Below are positions 63,501 to 64,000 of a stretch of 64,000 nt of DNA, one piece after another. Below the pieces are notes generated by a model that did not search any database, was not told where the DNA came from, and saw only the letters and a list, made by a program, of their open reading frames with translations. A program made the position numbers and the translations under genes. Within the stretch, counting starts at the first letter, position 1. The number at the start of each line of letters is the position of its first letter. Source of the DNA: Vicugna vicugna (Eukaryota). The stretch is from assembly GCA_013265495.1 (NCBI GenBank), contig MU058636.1, forward strand, positions 8,577,425 to 8,641,424, read 5' to 3'.

Positions 63501-63864
63501 TGTGTTATTAAGAAATATGACTTTCTCTGTATTCATTACTTATAGAGGTTTTAATGCTTTTTTCCCAATTTGATTAGTAATTGGTAATCCCTTACTATAC
63601 GTATAGTAGATACTGCTCATTTTTATTCACTGTTAACATTTTGGATAATATTATATTTTTAAAAAGATTTAGTTCTTCTATACTTTTAACTGTCAGACTT
63701 TTCCTGAATAATTTCTTTTAGTATTTTAATACTCCTAAAGCCTTTTCCCCTCCCATGTATACCGATTTGTTAGACATTTTTTGAAATAATTTTTTATGGA
63801 ATAGCTTAGTCATTAATTTTAGGGACTCTAGACTCATGCTGCTTATGTTTGAAGTCCTAGTCTC

Positions 63865-64000
63865 AACATTCATTCAAAAAATATTTGTAGAGTCTCTATT
63901 AAATGTGAGGCACTGTGCTAGGTGCTTAGTATACATCTGTGAACAAAACCGAGAGGATCCTGGCTAGGATCTTATACTTTAGGGAAGACAAACAAAAAAA
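63865..64000 (-). mobile_element. L2 3' end
   Basis: CATTCATTCAA.AAATATTT..AGAG.CT.TA..ATGTG.GGCACTGTGCTAGGTGCT...ATACA...GTGAACAAAAC. Confidence 0.75.

Noticed and set aside
1..64000. CRISPR array, operon, phage or other prokaryotic system; intact provirus or intact L1
   Set aside because: No repeat-spacer arrays, dense ORFs or gag/pol/env or full ORF2 frames; the window is a mammalian intron-dominated locus.

Overview
This is mammalian genomic DNA: AT-rich, repeat-rich and CpG-depleted except for one CpG island. It carries the 5' end of TRPC4 (transient receptor potential canonical 4) on the minus strand. The gene parts are a CpG-island promoter with a non-coding exon 1 (about 59645 to the donor at 59440), a 47.9 kb intron 1, and a 405-nt exon 2 (11490-11086) holding the start codon and codons 1-126 of the N-terminal ankyrin-repeat region. 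The first 11 kb of intron 2 follow. The remainder is transposon relics (solo ERV LTRs with target-site duplications, L1, L2, MIR, MLT, MER2, MER3/33, MADE2) and microsatellites. Two tRNA-derived SINEs point to a camelid genome. I see no prokaryotic-type system and no second protein-coding gene. The best leads are regulatory: (i) a 47-codon uORF that exists only after exon 1-exon 2 splicing, followed by two more uATGs within 12 nt of the TRPC4 start; (ii) an open read-through of exon 2 into intron 2 followed by a well-formed poly(A) site; (iii) two same-family LTRs in inverted orientation flanking exon 2. Repeat family names are from recognition by eye, and repeat boundaries without TSDs are approximate.
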